Source: Anaerolineales bacterium (lineage in GTDB: Bacteria > Chloroflexota > Anaerolineae > Anaerolineales > DRMV01). Taken from it: 64,000 bases of DNA. Positions 17,399 through 27,561 of this stretch are shown here, one piece after another. The stretch lies in NCBI GenBank assembly GCA_027023425.1, contig JALVVL010000036.1:21027-85026 (forward strand), written 5' to 3'. Both the position numbers and the translations under genes were made by a program. The stretch's first letter is position 1. Each line of letters opens with the position of its first letter. The notes below the pieces were generated by a model, which did not search any database, had not been told where the DNA came from, and saw only the letters and a program-made list of their open reading frames with translations.

Positions 17399-18430
17399 AT
17401 GCGAAAACTACTGTTTGCGATAGCCCTTCTACTGGCGGTGTTTTTCGTCATCGGCCGCATGGCAGAGGTGCACGTCATACTTGATACATTGCGTCAAGCA
17501 GATGTGAAATTCATCCTGCTGGCGGTGGGGGTACAAATTCTGTGGTATTTCAATGCGGGGGCTAACCTCAAAGTCATTTACGAAATTCTTGAAATGGAAG
17601 AGACAGTGCCGCGGCTTGCTCTCATGTCGGCGGCGGCGGCGTTTATCAGCACAGTAGCCCCCAGCGGGGGGATGAGCGGCCTTAGCGTCTACGTGACCGA
17701 AGCCCGCCAACGAAAATCATCCGTGGGGCGCGCCACCATAGCCGGCGTGCTCTTTATGTTTTTTGAATACCTCGGCTTCTTGGTAGTACTTGCCTTGGGG
17801 CTCATCGTTTTCATCCGCCGCAACAGCATCACCGCCGCCGAGATCTCCGCCTCCGTGCTCATGGCGCTGCTGGCCGGCGGAATGGGCGCTTTGCTTTACC
17901 TCGGCACATATTCCGGGCCACTCCTCGGCAAAGTCCTCGGCGGGCTTGCACACCTGATAAATTCCATCCTGTGGCCTATTCTCCACCGGCCTTACCTTTC
18001 CGAAGAAAAAGCCCGAATTTTCGCCGTTGACGCCGCCGAAGGCCTGAAAGCGCTGCGTCGCGCCCCGCACCGTGCCTTTCTGCCCGCCCTGCTGGGGATC
18101 ACCAGCAAAGCCCTCCAACTGCTGATCATGTGGCTTTCGTTCCTTGCCTTCCACGTGCCTTGCTCCCCCGGCACTGTGGTCGGCGGCTACACGGTGGCCT
18201 ACCTGTTCCTCGTAATTTCGCCCACTCCCGGCGGCATTGGTATTGTGGAAGGGGTGCTCGCGGTGACCCTGAACACGCTAAACGTCCCGTTAGGCAAGGC
18301 CGCGGTGGTGGCTCTTACTTACCGCGCCATCACCATTTGGCTACCTCTGTTGCTCGGGCCGCTGGCCTTGCGTATCCTCCCGCATTTGCCGCCGCCAAAG
18401 TCGTTTGACAGCCCCCCACCGCAAGAGTAA
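17399..18430 (+). CDS. flippase-like / lysylphosphatidylglycerol-synthase TM-region family membrane protein (UPF0104-like)
   Basis: ATG at 17399 (MRKLLFAIALLL). Polytopic membrane protein with PTPGGIGIVEG, typical of this family. The ORF-track start at 17351 lies inside a repeat. Confidence 0.7.
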   Translation: MRKLLFAIALLLAVFFVIGRMAEVHVILDTLRQADVKFILLAVGVQILWYFNAGANLKVIYEILEMEETVPRLALMSAAAAFISTVAPSGGMSGLSVYVTEARQRKSSVGRATIAGVLFMFFEYLGFLVVLALGLIVFIRRNSITAAEISASVLMALLAGGMGALLYLGTYSGPLLGKVLGGLAHLINSILWPILHRPYLSEEKARIFAVDAAEGLKALRRAPHRAFLPALLGITSKALQLLIMWLSFLAFHVPCSPGTVVGGYTVAYLFLVISPTPGGIGIVEGVLAVTLNTLNVPLGKAAVVALTYRAITIWLPLLLGPLALRILPHLPPPKSFDSPPPQE

Positions 18431-18457
18431 AATCTCAGCAAAACCACTTCACCTTAG

Positions 18458-18612
18458 CAGGACTTACGCAGTTACTCGTAGAAGCGCTCGTTTTCATGTC
18501 ATGGCGAGCCGCCATAGGCGGCGAAGCCATCCCCCAGGCGGTGGGCGAGGCCGCTTCGGCGGTCTAAGACCGCCCCGCGGTGACGCAAATCAGGGGAATC
18601 GCGTAACTCCTG
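18458..18612 (+). mobile_element. Family A MITE-like element, copy A3
   Basis: CAGGACTTACGCAGTT ... CGCGTAACTCCTG. Flanking direct repeat CACCTTA (18450-18456 and 18613-18619). It ends 32 nt upstream of the pgk ATG. Confidence 0.75.
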
Positions 18613-18643
18613 CACCTTAAACGCGGCATAATGGAGATTAGTC

Positions 18644-19819
18644 ATGTATTCAAAGAAAACTGTCCGCGACGTTGATGTTACCGGCAAAAAAGTGCTGGTG
18701 CGGGTGGATTTCAACGTCCCGCTCAAAGATGGCAAAGTCGCCGACGACACCCGCATTGTGGCTTCAATACCGACGATAGAGTACCTGCTGCAGGAAGGTG
18801 CGGCAGTGGTGCTGATGTCGCATTTGGGGCGTCCCAAAGGCAAATTTGTACCCGAACTTTCGCTCAGGCCGGTGGCGGAGCGGCTGAGCGCGCTGATAAA
18901 CCTCCCCGTGGCATTTGCAGAAGATTGCGTTGGGAAACCGGCGGAGCGCGCAAAGGCCGCCCTTTCCCCGGGCGAGGTGCTTTTGCTGGAAAACACCCGT
19001 TTCCACCCCGAAGAGAAGAAAAACGATCCCGAGTTTGCCCGCCAATTGGCCGCGGGGTGTGACCTGTTCGTCAACGACGCGTTCGGCTCGGCACATCGGG
19101 CGCACGCCTCCACCGTGGGCGTGGCGAAATATCTGCGAGCGGTGGCCGGCTTGTTGATGGAAAAGGAACTCAAGTACCTCGGCGAGGCGCTGGAAAACCC
19201 TAAACACCCCTTCGTGGCGATATTGGGCGGTGCGAAAATCAGCGACAAAATCGGCGTGGTGCGCAATTTGCTCACCAAAGCCGAGCACGTGCTCATCGGC
19301 GGTGGCATGGCTAACACCTTCTTGGCCGCGCAGGGCTACGACATGGCGGCGTCGTTGGTGGAAAAGGATGCACTGGAGACCGCGCGCTCTCTCCTCGCAG
19401 AAGCGGACGGCAAAATCCACCTGCCGCAGGATTTGGTGATTGCTGATGCTTTTTCCGCCGAAGCGGAGCGCAAAACTGTGCCCGTCGGCAACCTGCCTGC
19501 GGGCTGGATGGCGTTGGACATTGGCCCCGAGACGGTGACGGCGTTTGGGCGCATCATACACGAGGCGGCCATGGTGGTTTGGAATGGGCCGATGGGCGTG
19601 TTTGAACTGCCGCCATTTGCCGAGGGCACGTTCGGCATTGCCAAGGCAGTGGCTGAGAGCGATGCCATCAGCATTGTGGGCGGCGGTGATTCGGTAGCGG
19701 CGGTCAAACAAAGCGGCTTGGCCGACAAAATTACCCACCTGAGCACCGGCGGCGGCGCGTCGTTGGAAATGTTGGAAGGCAAAATCCTCCCCGGCGTGGC
19801 TGTGTTGGAGGATAAGTAA
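18644..19819 (+). CDS. pgk: phosphoglycerate kinase
   Basis: [18 protein letters not shown] and STGGGASLE motifs. RBS GGAG at 18633-18636. Confidence 0.95.
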   Translation: MYSKKTVRDVDVTGKKVLVRVDFNVPLKDGKVADDTRIVASIPTIEYLLQEGAAVVLMSHLGRPKGKFVPELSLRPVAERLSALINLPVAFAEDCVGKPAERAKAALSPGEVLLLENTRFHPEEKKNDPEFARQLAAGCDLFVNDAFGSAHRAHASTVGVAKYLRAVAGLLMEKELKYLGEALENPKHPFVAILGGAKISDKIGVVRNLLTKAEHVLIGGGMANTFLAAQGYDMAASLVEKDALETARSLLAEADGKIHLPQDLVIADAFSAEAERKTVPVGNLPAGWMALDIGPETVTAFGRIIHEAAMVVWNGPMGVFELPPFAEGTFGIAKAVAESDAISIVGGGDSVAAVKQSGLADKITHLSTGGGASLEMLEGKILPGVAVLEDK

Positions 19820-19836
19820 CGCAAAGGCGTAAAGAG

Positions 19837-20151
19837 AAAACCACAGATTACACAGATTAGCGCAGATTTTTTCTGCGGAATCTGCGAAATCTGCAGTTTC
19901 AACCATTCAATCGGTGAAAATCTGTGTAATCTGTGGATGAAAACCACAGATTACACAGATTAGCGCAGATTTTTTTCTGCGGAATCTGCGAAATCTGCAG
20001 TTTCAACCACCCAATCGGTGAAAATCTGTGCCAATCTGTGGATGAAAACCACAGATTACACAGATTAGCGCAGATTTTTTTCTGCGGAATCTGCGAAATC
20101 TGCGGTTTCAACCATCCAATCAGTGTAAATCTCTGTGCTAATCGGTGGATG
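19837..20151 (+). repeat. Family E tandem array E2: three units of ~103-107 bp
   Basis: Units start at 19837, 19940 and 20045. Units 1 and 2 are bounded by inverted arms CCACAGATTACACAGATT and AATCTGTG-type (perfect 18-nt match in unit 1, degenerate right arm in unit 3). Confidence 0.85.
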
Positions 20152-20227
20152 GTAACGCAAAGAAACGCAAAGAACGCAAAGAAAGATCCCTGTGAGCGAG
20201 GTTCAACACTACGATGCAATGTGAGTA

Positions 20228-20396
20228 GAAGGCCACCTGTGTGGCCTTCGCGATCTGTAGCCCGTGAATTCAGTCGCTGGGTGCAAGCGGTGGCAGTTGA
20301 AACTGCACCTACTGCCTGCGAAGTCGCCCTAAGGCGACTTTTTGGGAAAAGTATGCCCGAAATGGCATATTGCGCCTACACTCGCGTAGGTAATTA
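20228..20396 (+). repeat. Family B REP-like composite element, copy B1
   Basis: Hairpin GAAGGCCACCTGTGTGGCCTTC, then GTAGCCCGTGAATTCAGTCGC, then GCGGTGGCAGTTGAAACTGCACCTACTGCCTGCGAAGTCGCCCTAAGGCGAC, and a tail ...CGCGTAGGTAATTAC shared with B4. Confidence 0.75.
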
Positions 20397-20477
20397 CAAA
20401 AATTTTTCTTCGCACTTCTCTGCCTCTGCGCTTCTGCGCTCATCTTGGTGTCCTTGGCGTTAACTCCGGAGGTTGAA

Positions 20478-22037
20478 ATGCCCCAAGCGCTTTACCGAAA
20501 ATGGCGTCCGAAAACTTGGGATGAGGTAATCGGGCAGGAGCACATAATCCAAACGCTGCAGAACGCGGTGGCGGCGGAGCGCGTTGCCCACGCGTATCTC
20601 TTTTCCGGCCCGCGCGGCACGGGGAAGACCACCACCGCGCGCCTGCTCGCCAAGGCGGTAAACTGCCTGCACCCCGACCCGGCTCAGCGCCCCTGTAACC
20701 AGTGTGACCACTGCCAAGCCGTCAACGAAGGCAGGTTCATGGATTTGATAGAAATTGACGCCGCCTCCAACACCGGCGTTGACGACATCCGTGAACTGCG
20801 CGATAAGGTGAGTTTTGCGCCCTCGCAGGGGCGGTACAAGGTTTACATCATTGACGAAGTGCACATGCTTTCCACCGCGGCGTTCAACGCCCTGCTCAAA
20901 ACCTTGGAAGAGCCACCCGCGCACGCGATTTTCATCCTCGCCACGACCGAAATCCACAAAATCCCGCCCACTGTGCTTTCCCGCTGCCAGCGCTACGAGT
21001 TTCGCCGCATCCCTGTCCCCGAAATTGCGGCATACCTGCGCAAAATTGTGGAAGGCGAGGGCTTGCAAGCCGAAGATGCAGCGCTGACTTGGGTGGCGCG
21101 TCAGGCAACGGGTAGCCTGCGCGATGCCATCTCTTTGCTTGACCAACTGGCTTCCGGCGGCAAGCCAATCACGCTGGAATTGGCGCGTTCGGTTTTGGGC
21201 ACCGCCAGCGAGGAAAAGGTGCTCCAAATTGCCGAAGCAGTTGCCAACCGCGATGTTGCGGGTGGCTTGGAACATATCCACGCCGCTCTTGACGCCGGAG
21301 CCGACCCGCGGCAGTTGGCGCGCCAGATAGTCTCCTACCTGCGCCAAGTTTTGCTCGCCAAAATGGGAGGCGAGGCAATGCTTGACGTGCCTGCCGATTG
21401 GAAGCCTGCCGTCCTGCGCCAAGCCGAGGCAATGCCGCTCGGCATGCTTTTGGGCGGCATAGAGGCGTTTGAGCGCGCGGCTACCGAGAGCCGCGCCGAC
21501 TGGCATCCGAGCCTTCCGCTTGAAGTCGCGCTGGTGGAAACCGCCGCCGAGGAAACGCGAGCGCCCCAACCGGTGCAAGGCGAGCCGCCCGTAGCGCGGC
21601 CCATTCCCCAAAAGCCGAAGCCCCAACCCCAAGCGCAAACTGCGACCGCGGCGAACGCTCCCATCCCCGCAACCGCCCCGATTACGCTTGAAGACGTTGC
21701 AACCGCGTGGAAGGGCATCTTTTTCCACCTTGATTCCACCCTGCGGGGGCTACTGAACCAACAGCACGCGCGCCCCGTGGCGGTTGAAGGGCAAACCGTG
21801 GTAGTGGGGCTGAGCGGACGCGGGGTGTCCGCATCGCTGATTCAACAGCCCGAGCGCAAAGCGGCGCTTGAAAACGCCCTGCGCACCATGCTTGACCGCC
21901 CTGTGAGCGTGCGGTTCAAAATCTCGCCTGCGGCAGGTGAGGTGGATGTTGACCTGATTTCGCAAAGCGAAATGGCGCGCACCGCGGTAGAATTGGGCGG
22001 CAAGGTGGTGAAGGTTGAGAGCGAGGATGAGGATTGA
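20478..22037 (+). CDS. dnaX: DNA polymerase III subunit gamma/tau
   Basis: GGAGG RBS and ATG at 20478. LYRKWRPKTWDEVIGQEH, Walker A GPRGTGKTT, zinc module CNQCDHC, and IIDEVHML. Confidence 0.9.
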   Translation: MPQALYRKWRPKTWDEVIGQEHIIQTLQNAVAAERVAHAYLFSGPRGTGKTTTARLLAKAVNCLHPDPAQRPCNQCDHCQAVNEGRFMDLIEIDAASNTGVDDIRELRDKVSFAPSQGRYKVYIIDEVHMLSTAAFNALLKTLEEPPAHAIFILATTEIHKIPPTVLSRCQRYEFRRIPVPEIAAYLRKIVEGEGLQAEDAALTWVARQATGSLRDAISLLDQLASGGKPITLELARSVLGTASEEKVLQIAEAVANRDVAGGLEHIHAALDAGADPRQLARQIVSYLRQVLLAKMGGEAMLDVPADWKPAVLRQAEAMPLGMLLGGIEAFERAATESRADWHPSLPLEVALVETAAEETRAPQPVQGEPPVARPIPQKPKPQPQAQTATAANAPIPATAPITLEDVATAWKGIFFHLDSTLRGLLNQQHARPVAVEGQTVVVGLSGRGVSASLIQQPERKAALENALRTMLDRPVSVRFKISPAAGEVDVDLISQSEMARTAVELGGKVVKVESEDED

Positions 22038-23625
22038 AGTGTTTGGCGCTAAGGAACTGCTGACCATCCAAGAAGCCAGCCGTTTTGCTTCAGAATTGAC
22101 GGGCAGAGAGGTAACCCCCGCGAACATAGCCTACCTTGTGCAATACGGGCGGGTGAGGAAGGTGTCGCGCGGCGGCGTTACCTACGTACCCAGGGCCGAA
22201 CTGGAGCAATACTACCGTGAAAACGGCAAGCGCAAGGCCCAAGAATGGAAACGCAAACTGGGGGAAGACTTAAACTGGCATCTTTCTTTTGAAGAGGTGC
22301 CCGAACGAGAGCGCACCAAACACGTCCACCGCCTGCACCCATACAAAGGCAAGTTCATTCCCCAACTGGTGGAATACTTCTTGGATGAGCATACCGACGA
22401 ATTCAAGCCGCGAGCCTACTTTCACCCCGGCGATATCGTGCTTGACCCTTTTTGCGGTAGCGGCACAACCCTGGTGCAGGCTAACGAACTTGGCTTACAC
22501 GCTATCGGAATTGATATTTCGTTTTTCAACGTGCTGATAGGCAATGTCAAAGTTTCACCTCACAATCTGCTAAAACTAAGCGAATACGTCCGCGAGATAA
22601 CCCTTGCTCTCAAACGGAAAACCAAAAACGCCCCCCATAAGGCATTTGAGCGCGAACTCAAAGAAGCACTTGCTGAATTCAATGCCAAGCACTTCCCCTC
22701 GCCCGAATTTAAGCGCAAGGTGCGCGAAGGTAAAATAGACCAGTTTGCTTATGGCAAGGAAAAAGAGGCAGAATTTCTGAGCGTCTTCCATGCGTTAGCG
22801 AAAAAATACGGCGTGGACGTCTTGCCCCATGAGAGCAAATCTTTCTTGGAAAAGTGGTATCTGCCTTCCACGCGGCAGGAACTCTTATTCTTGCGTGACC
22901 AAATCCTCAAAATTGAGGATAAAGACGCCCGTGAAGTGCTGAGCATCGTGCTAAGCAGAACTGCGCGCTCTTGCCGCGCCACAACTCATTCCGACTTAGC
23001 CACTCTCGTCAAGCCCGTCTATGCACCCTACTACTGTCGCAAGCATGGGAAAATTTGCGCCCCACTGTTTTCCGCGGCCAAGTGGTGGAACTACTACAGC
23101 CGCGACACCCTAAAACGCTTGTGGGAATTTCACTACATCCGCACCCAAACCGAGCAACAATGCGTTGTCGGTGACGCCCGCACAATAGATTTGCCCGCCG
23201 CCTTGAGGAATACGAACCCATTTTTGGCAGAGGTGGCTGCCAAGGGAGAAGTAGCGGGCATTTTCACCAGTCCACCTTACGTGGGGATGATAAATTATCA
23301 TCAACAGCACGAGTATGCCTATGAACTCTTCGGCTATGAGCGCCGTGACGAAATGGAAATCGGCCCGCTCTTCAAAGGGCAAGGGGTGCAAGCACGGGTG
23401 GAATACGTTGAAAGCATTGCTCGGGTTCTAAAGCACATGAAGCCCTACTTGCGCAACGGGTATGAGATTTTCATCGTGGCTAACGACAAATATCATCTTT
23501 ATCCGATAATTGCTGAAAAAGCAGGCTTGCAGATTGTGCAAGAGTTCAAGCGCCCAGTGCTCAACCGCACCGAGAAGAACAAAACCCCCTACGCTGAAAG
23601 CATCTTTCACATGAGGGAAAAATGA
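22027..23625 (+). CDS. site-specific DNA methyltransferase (N6-adenine or N4-cytosine), motif order I...TRD...IV, with N-terminal HTH-like segment
   Basis: HPYKGKFIPQLVEYFL and VLDPFCGSGTTLVQANELGLHAIGIDI (AdoMet motif I) come early. IFTSPPYVGMINY (motif IV) comes about 270 aa later. The start is ambiguous (TTG 22015, ATG 22027, GTG 22039). ATG 22027 overlaps the dnaX stop. Confidence 0.8.
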   Translation: MRIEVFGAKELLTIQEASRFASELTGREVTPANIAYLVQYGRVRKVSRGGVTYVPRAELEQYYRENGKRKAQEWKRKLGEDLNWHLSFEEVPERERTKHVHRLHPYKGKFIPQLVEYFLDEHTDEFKPRAYFHPGDIVLDPFCGSGTTLVQANELGLHAIGIDISFFNVLIGNVKVSPHNLLKLSEYVREITLALKRKTKNAPHKAFERELKEALAEFNAKHFPSPEFKRKVREGKIDQFAYGKEKEAEFLSVFHALAKKYGVDVLPHESKSFLEKWYLPSTRQELLFLRDQILKIEDKDAREVLSIVLSRTARSCRATTHSDLATLVKPVYAPYYCRKHGKICAPLFSAAKWWNYYSRDTLKRLWEFHYIRTQTEQQCVVGDARTIDLPAALRNTNPFLAEVAAKGEVAGIFTSPPYVGMINYHQQHEYAYELFGYERRDEMEIGPLFKGQGVQARVEYVESIARVLKHMKPYLRNGYEIFIVANDKYHLYPIIAEKAGLQIVQEFKRPVLNRTEKNKTPYAESIFHMREK

Positions 23626-24680
23626 ACCTTGAACCCGGCGTGCGTGAACGGATAGCGTGGCAAGTGATAGCGGTTTTGGTGAAGCGCTTTCGCTCATTTC
23701 CCGACGAGACCGCTTCCAACCGCAACGCGCCTTTCCATGAGGCGTTTTTGCAGGCTTTCGCCGATAAACTCGCCCCTCATGTTAGCGATATACCTCTGCT
23801 GATTTCGCTCAGCAGTTGGCTGCACGGTTTGAGCACCACCCTTGGGCAGTCTTTCTTTGAAAAGACGGCTCAAATCCTCAGCGGGGGAGATAAAAGAACC
23901 TTCAAACCCAATGAAGTGAAAATCACCTCTGCTCAGGCTCAAGCCATAGACGAAATTTTATCGGGGCTAAAAAACGGCACGCGTCCACCTTCCGCCGCGG
24001 TAGAAAACCGGATGCTGTTGGAGGCTTTGGAAGAGGGCACAGAAAGGCCGGGTACGAAATTCACCGCCGACGTTTTCATTGAAGATCCAATGGAGCGCCA
24101 AATAATTGCCGTGGAAATCAAGAGTGTCCGCCCGAATGCTGGTGAAATGCGTGGCGAAAAGCGAAAGATTCTGGAATCCAAAGCCGCTTTGATGCGTATC
24201 TATCGCGGCTATGAGATAAAATACTTCATGGGCTTCCCTTTTGATCCCACCTCGCCGCGTGAAGAGCCAACCGGCTTTTACAAATCTCGCTTTCTCCGCC
24301 ACCTTGTGGAAGGTGATAAATACCTTGACCCGCAAGAGGTTTTGCTCGCCGGGGAGTTTTGGGATTTCTTATCCGGCGAGCAGGGCACGATGGAAGAAAT
24401 TTTAGGCATCATCAACGCGATCGCCACGCCTCGCTTTGAAGAGGAATACGAATTCTTGCAAAATTGGCGCAACCGCGAGGAGCACCGCGAGCGATACCGC
24501 TCAATTCTTAAGCGGTGGGGTTTGGTCAGCGAATTGAGGATTGTGGATAATTTGGAGGTCATTTGTGCGCTGGCAGAAAGTTCACGGCGCGCACGCCGAT
24601 TGCTCACCCAAAGCCCTTTTGACCCTGAAGGCAAATACCGCTGTGAACGGAAAGAAGCGTTGCGGGATATGGTGAAATAA
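23622..24680 (+). CDS. Type II restriction endonuclease, TdeIII-like (PD-(D/E)xK)
   Basis: ATGA overlap with the MTase stop. The pattern NAPFHEAF...LSTTLGQSFFE...DVFIED...IAVEIKSVRPNAGEMRGEKRKILE...EFWDFLSGEQGTMEEIL matches my memory of the RE_TdeIII family layout. D...E-I-K is a plausible PD-ExK core. Confidence 0.65.
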   Translation: MNLEPGVRERIAWQVIAVLVKRFRSFPDETASNRNAPFHEAFLQAFADKLAPHVSDIPLLISLSSWLHGLSTTLGQSFFEKTAQILSGGDKRTFKPNEVKITSAQAQAIDEILSGLKNGTRPPSAAVENRMLLEALEEGTERPGTKFTADVFIEDPMERQIIAVEIKSVRPNAGEMRGEKRKILESKAALMRIYRGYEIKYFMGFPFDPTSPREEPTGFYKSRFLRHLVEGDKYLDPQEVLLAGEFWDFLSGEQGTMEEILGIINAIATPRFEEEYEFLQNWRNREEHRERYRSILKRWGLVSELRIVDNLEVICALAESSRRARRLLTQSPFDPEGKYRCERKEALRDMVK

Positions 24681-24704
24681 ACCTTTGGCAAAGGAGAAAC
24701 GAAT

Positions 24705-25034
24705 ATGGCAAAGTACCGCCCATCCAAACGAGCAAATCCGATGGCTATGCTTCAGCAAATGCAACAGCAGTTGTTGGAGGCTCAGCAGAAACTCGCCGAG
24801 GAACAGGTTACGGGCACGGCAGGCGGCGGCGCCGTTCAGGTTGTGCTCACCGGCGATAATAGGTGCGTTAGCGTTACCATTGACCCCGATTTGCTCGCAG
24901 AAGGCGACGCCGAAATGCTCCAAGACCTGCTGGTCAGCGCTTACAACAACGCCTTTGAGGCCGTGCAGAAGTTGAGCGAAGAGCGCCTCGGCGGCATCAC
25001 CCAAGCCCTCGGCGGGCTTGGCTTGCCGTTCTAA
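24705..25034 (+). CDS. ybaB: YbaB/EbfC family nucleoid-associated protein
   Basis: AAGGAG RBS. MLQQMQQQLLEAQQKL...VTGTAGGGAVQVVLTGDNRCVSVTIDPDLL is typical of the family. It lies directly upstream of recR. Confidence 0.9.
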   Translation: MAKYRPSKRANPMAMLQQMQQQLLEAQQKLAEEQVTGTAGGGAVQVVLTGDNRCVSVTIDPDLLAEGDAEMLQDLLVSAYNNAFEAVQKLSEERLGGITQALGGLGLPF

Positions 25035-25049
25035 CCCCTCGTTTGAACT

Positions 25050-25658
25050 ATGCTCCTACCCGAAGCCATCCAACGCGCTATTGACGCCTTCGCCGCTCTG
25101 CCCGGCATCGGCCCTAAAACCGCCTCGCGCCTCACCTTCTACCTTTTGCGCGACCAAGCCGCTCCCCTGCGCGAAACGCTCGCCGATGCTATCCGTGGCT
25201 TGGGCGAGGTTGCCTATTGCAAGGAATGCTTCAACTTCGCCGCTCCGGGCGAGGATTTGTGCCCAATTTGCGCCGACCCCGCCCGCGACCCTGCCCTAAT
25301 TTGCGTGGTGGAAGAGCCGCTGGATGTGCTTTCCATTGAGCGCACTGGCATTTACCGCGGCCGCTACCATGTGCTCCACGGCGCGCTTTCGCCCATTGAG
25401 GGCATTGGGCCGGAAGATTTGAAAATCAAGGAACTGCTGGAGCGCATCCGCCGCGAGCAGGTGCGCGAGGTCATCATCGCCACCAACCCCAGCATGGAAG
25501 GCGACGCAACGGCAATGTACCTCCACCGCCTGATAGCGCCGTTGGGCGTGAAGGTGACCCGTCTGGCGCGCGGCCTGCCGGTTGGCGGCGATTTGGAGTA
25601 TGCAGACCAAAACACCCTGCGCGACGCCTTGGTTGAGCGCCGCGAAATGGGGGAATGA
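25050..25658 (+). CDS. recR: recombination protein RecR
   Basis: LPGIGPKTASRL helix-hairpin-helix, zinc finger CKECFNF...CPIC, and Toprim region CVVEEPLDVLSIE. Confidence 0.95.
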   Translation: MLLPEAIQRAIDAFAALPGIGPKTASRLTFYLLRDQAAPLRETLADAIRGLGEVAYCKECFNFAAPGEDLCPICADPARDPALICVVEEPLDVLSIERTGIYRGRYHVLHGALSPIEGIGPEDLKIKELLERIRREQVREVIIATNPSMEGDATAMYLHRLIAPLGVKVTRLARGLPVGGDLEYADQNTLRDALVERREMGE

Positions 25659-26660
25659 GTGGCAAAGTATCTGGTTTTAGGGGCGCTGACGCGCGATTTC
25701 ATCCTGCCGCCGCGCGGAAAAGCCTTGGTGGATGTGCCGGGCGGAGGTGCGGCTTATGCCGCTGCGGGAGCGGCGCTTTGGGGCGGCGAGCCAATGCTGG
25801 TCGCCCGCGTTGGCGAAGATTACCCCCGCCATTGGCTAAAAGAGTTTGCCACACACGGCTGGGATTTGAGCGGGGTGCGTATTCTGCCGCAGGCTTTGGA
25901 CGTGCGGCGGGTGCTGGTGTACGACCAGCGCGGGCGACTACTCCCCCAAGCCCCGGCATCAGCCTTTGCCCAACGCGGCGTCCCCTTTCCTCAGGCCTTG
26001 TTGGGCTATGCACCGCCGCCGCCCCCCACGCGCACCTCGCTTGAAACTCCAACCGAGCGCTCTTTGCGGCTTAGCGACTTGCCGCCGCTGGCGATTGAAG
26101 CCCACGCGGCTCACCTTTGCCCCTACGACTTTGTAACCCACAACCTAATGCCCGCCGCATTGCGCCAAATCGGGGTCGCCACCGTGTCGCTGGAGCCGAG
26201 CGCCGATTATTTCAAGCCCCTCTTCAGCCGCCAAGTGGAAACCATGCTCACCGGCCTGAGCGCTGTGATAGTGCCCGAGCGGGTGTTGCGCGACTTTTAT
26301 GCGCGCCTTACCAGCAATTTGTGGGAAATGGCGGAGGCAGTCGCAAAAAATCAAGTGAAAACCGTGGTGATTCGCCGTGCAAACGGCGAAGTGTGGGTTT
26401 ATGCTCGTGCGGGGGCGCGCTGGGTGATTCCGCCTTATCCAGTGGAAATGAGCGACCCCACCGGCGCGAGCGACGCCTTCGCCGGCGGCTTCATGGTTGG
26501 CTACAGTGAGACGTTAGACCCGCTGGCAGCCGCGGCGCGCGCCGCAGTGGCCTATTCATTGGCAATAGAAACAAAGGGGGTGTTTGCCCTGCTTGAGGTG
26601 TTGCCTGCCTTGGTGCAAAGAAGGTTAGAATCTGTGCTTTCCTCCGCCCAAAAGTTGTAA
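25659..26660 (+). CDS. PfkB-family carbohydrate/nucleoside kinase
   Basis: GTG start immediately after the recR stop. PGGGAAYAA near the N-terminus and DPTGASDAFAGGF near the C-terminus. Confidence 0.75.
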   Translation: MAKYLVLGALTRDFILPPRGKALVDVPGGGAAYAAAGAALWGGEPMLVARVGEDYPRHWLKEFATHGWDLSGVRILPQALDVRRVLVYDQRGRLLPQAPASAFAQRGVPFPQALLGYAPPPPPTRTSLETPTERSLRLSDLPPLAIEAHAAHLCPYDFVTHNLMPAALRQIGVATVSLEPSADYFKPLFSRQVETMLTGLSAVIVPERVLRDFYARLTSNLWEMAEAVAKNQVKTVVIRRANGEVWVYARAGARWVIPPYPVEMSDPTGASDAFAGGFMVGYSETLDPLAAAARAAVAYSLAIETKGVFALLEVLPALVQRRLESVLSSAQKL

Positions 26661-26662
26661 AT

Positions 26663-27511
<849 letters not shown>

Positions 27512-27561
27512 AGTTTCTCCAAGGGCAAGTGAATGCGACAATTCTTGTGCTCTTGAGTTTC

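Noticed and set aside
20152-20477. SRP RNA (ffs) or tRNA upstream of dnaX, as found in many bacteria
   Set aside because: The region is fully accounted for by short ACGCAAAG repeats and Family B copy B1. I saw no SRP domain IV-like motif or cloverleaf. Manual inspection only; a covariance-model scan (Infernal/tRNAscan) of all intergenic regions would be decisive.
21590-21640. Programmed -1 frameshift or slippery site in dnaX (CCCCAAAAG region) producing a gamma subunit
   Set aside because: The zero-frame codons CCC CAA AAG do not form an X XXY YYZ heptamer. I also saw no downstream stem-loop or long A-run for transcriptional slippage.
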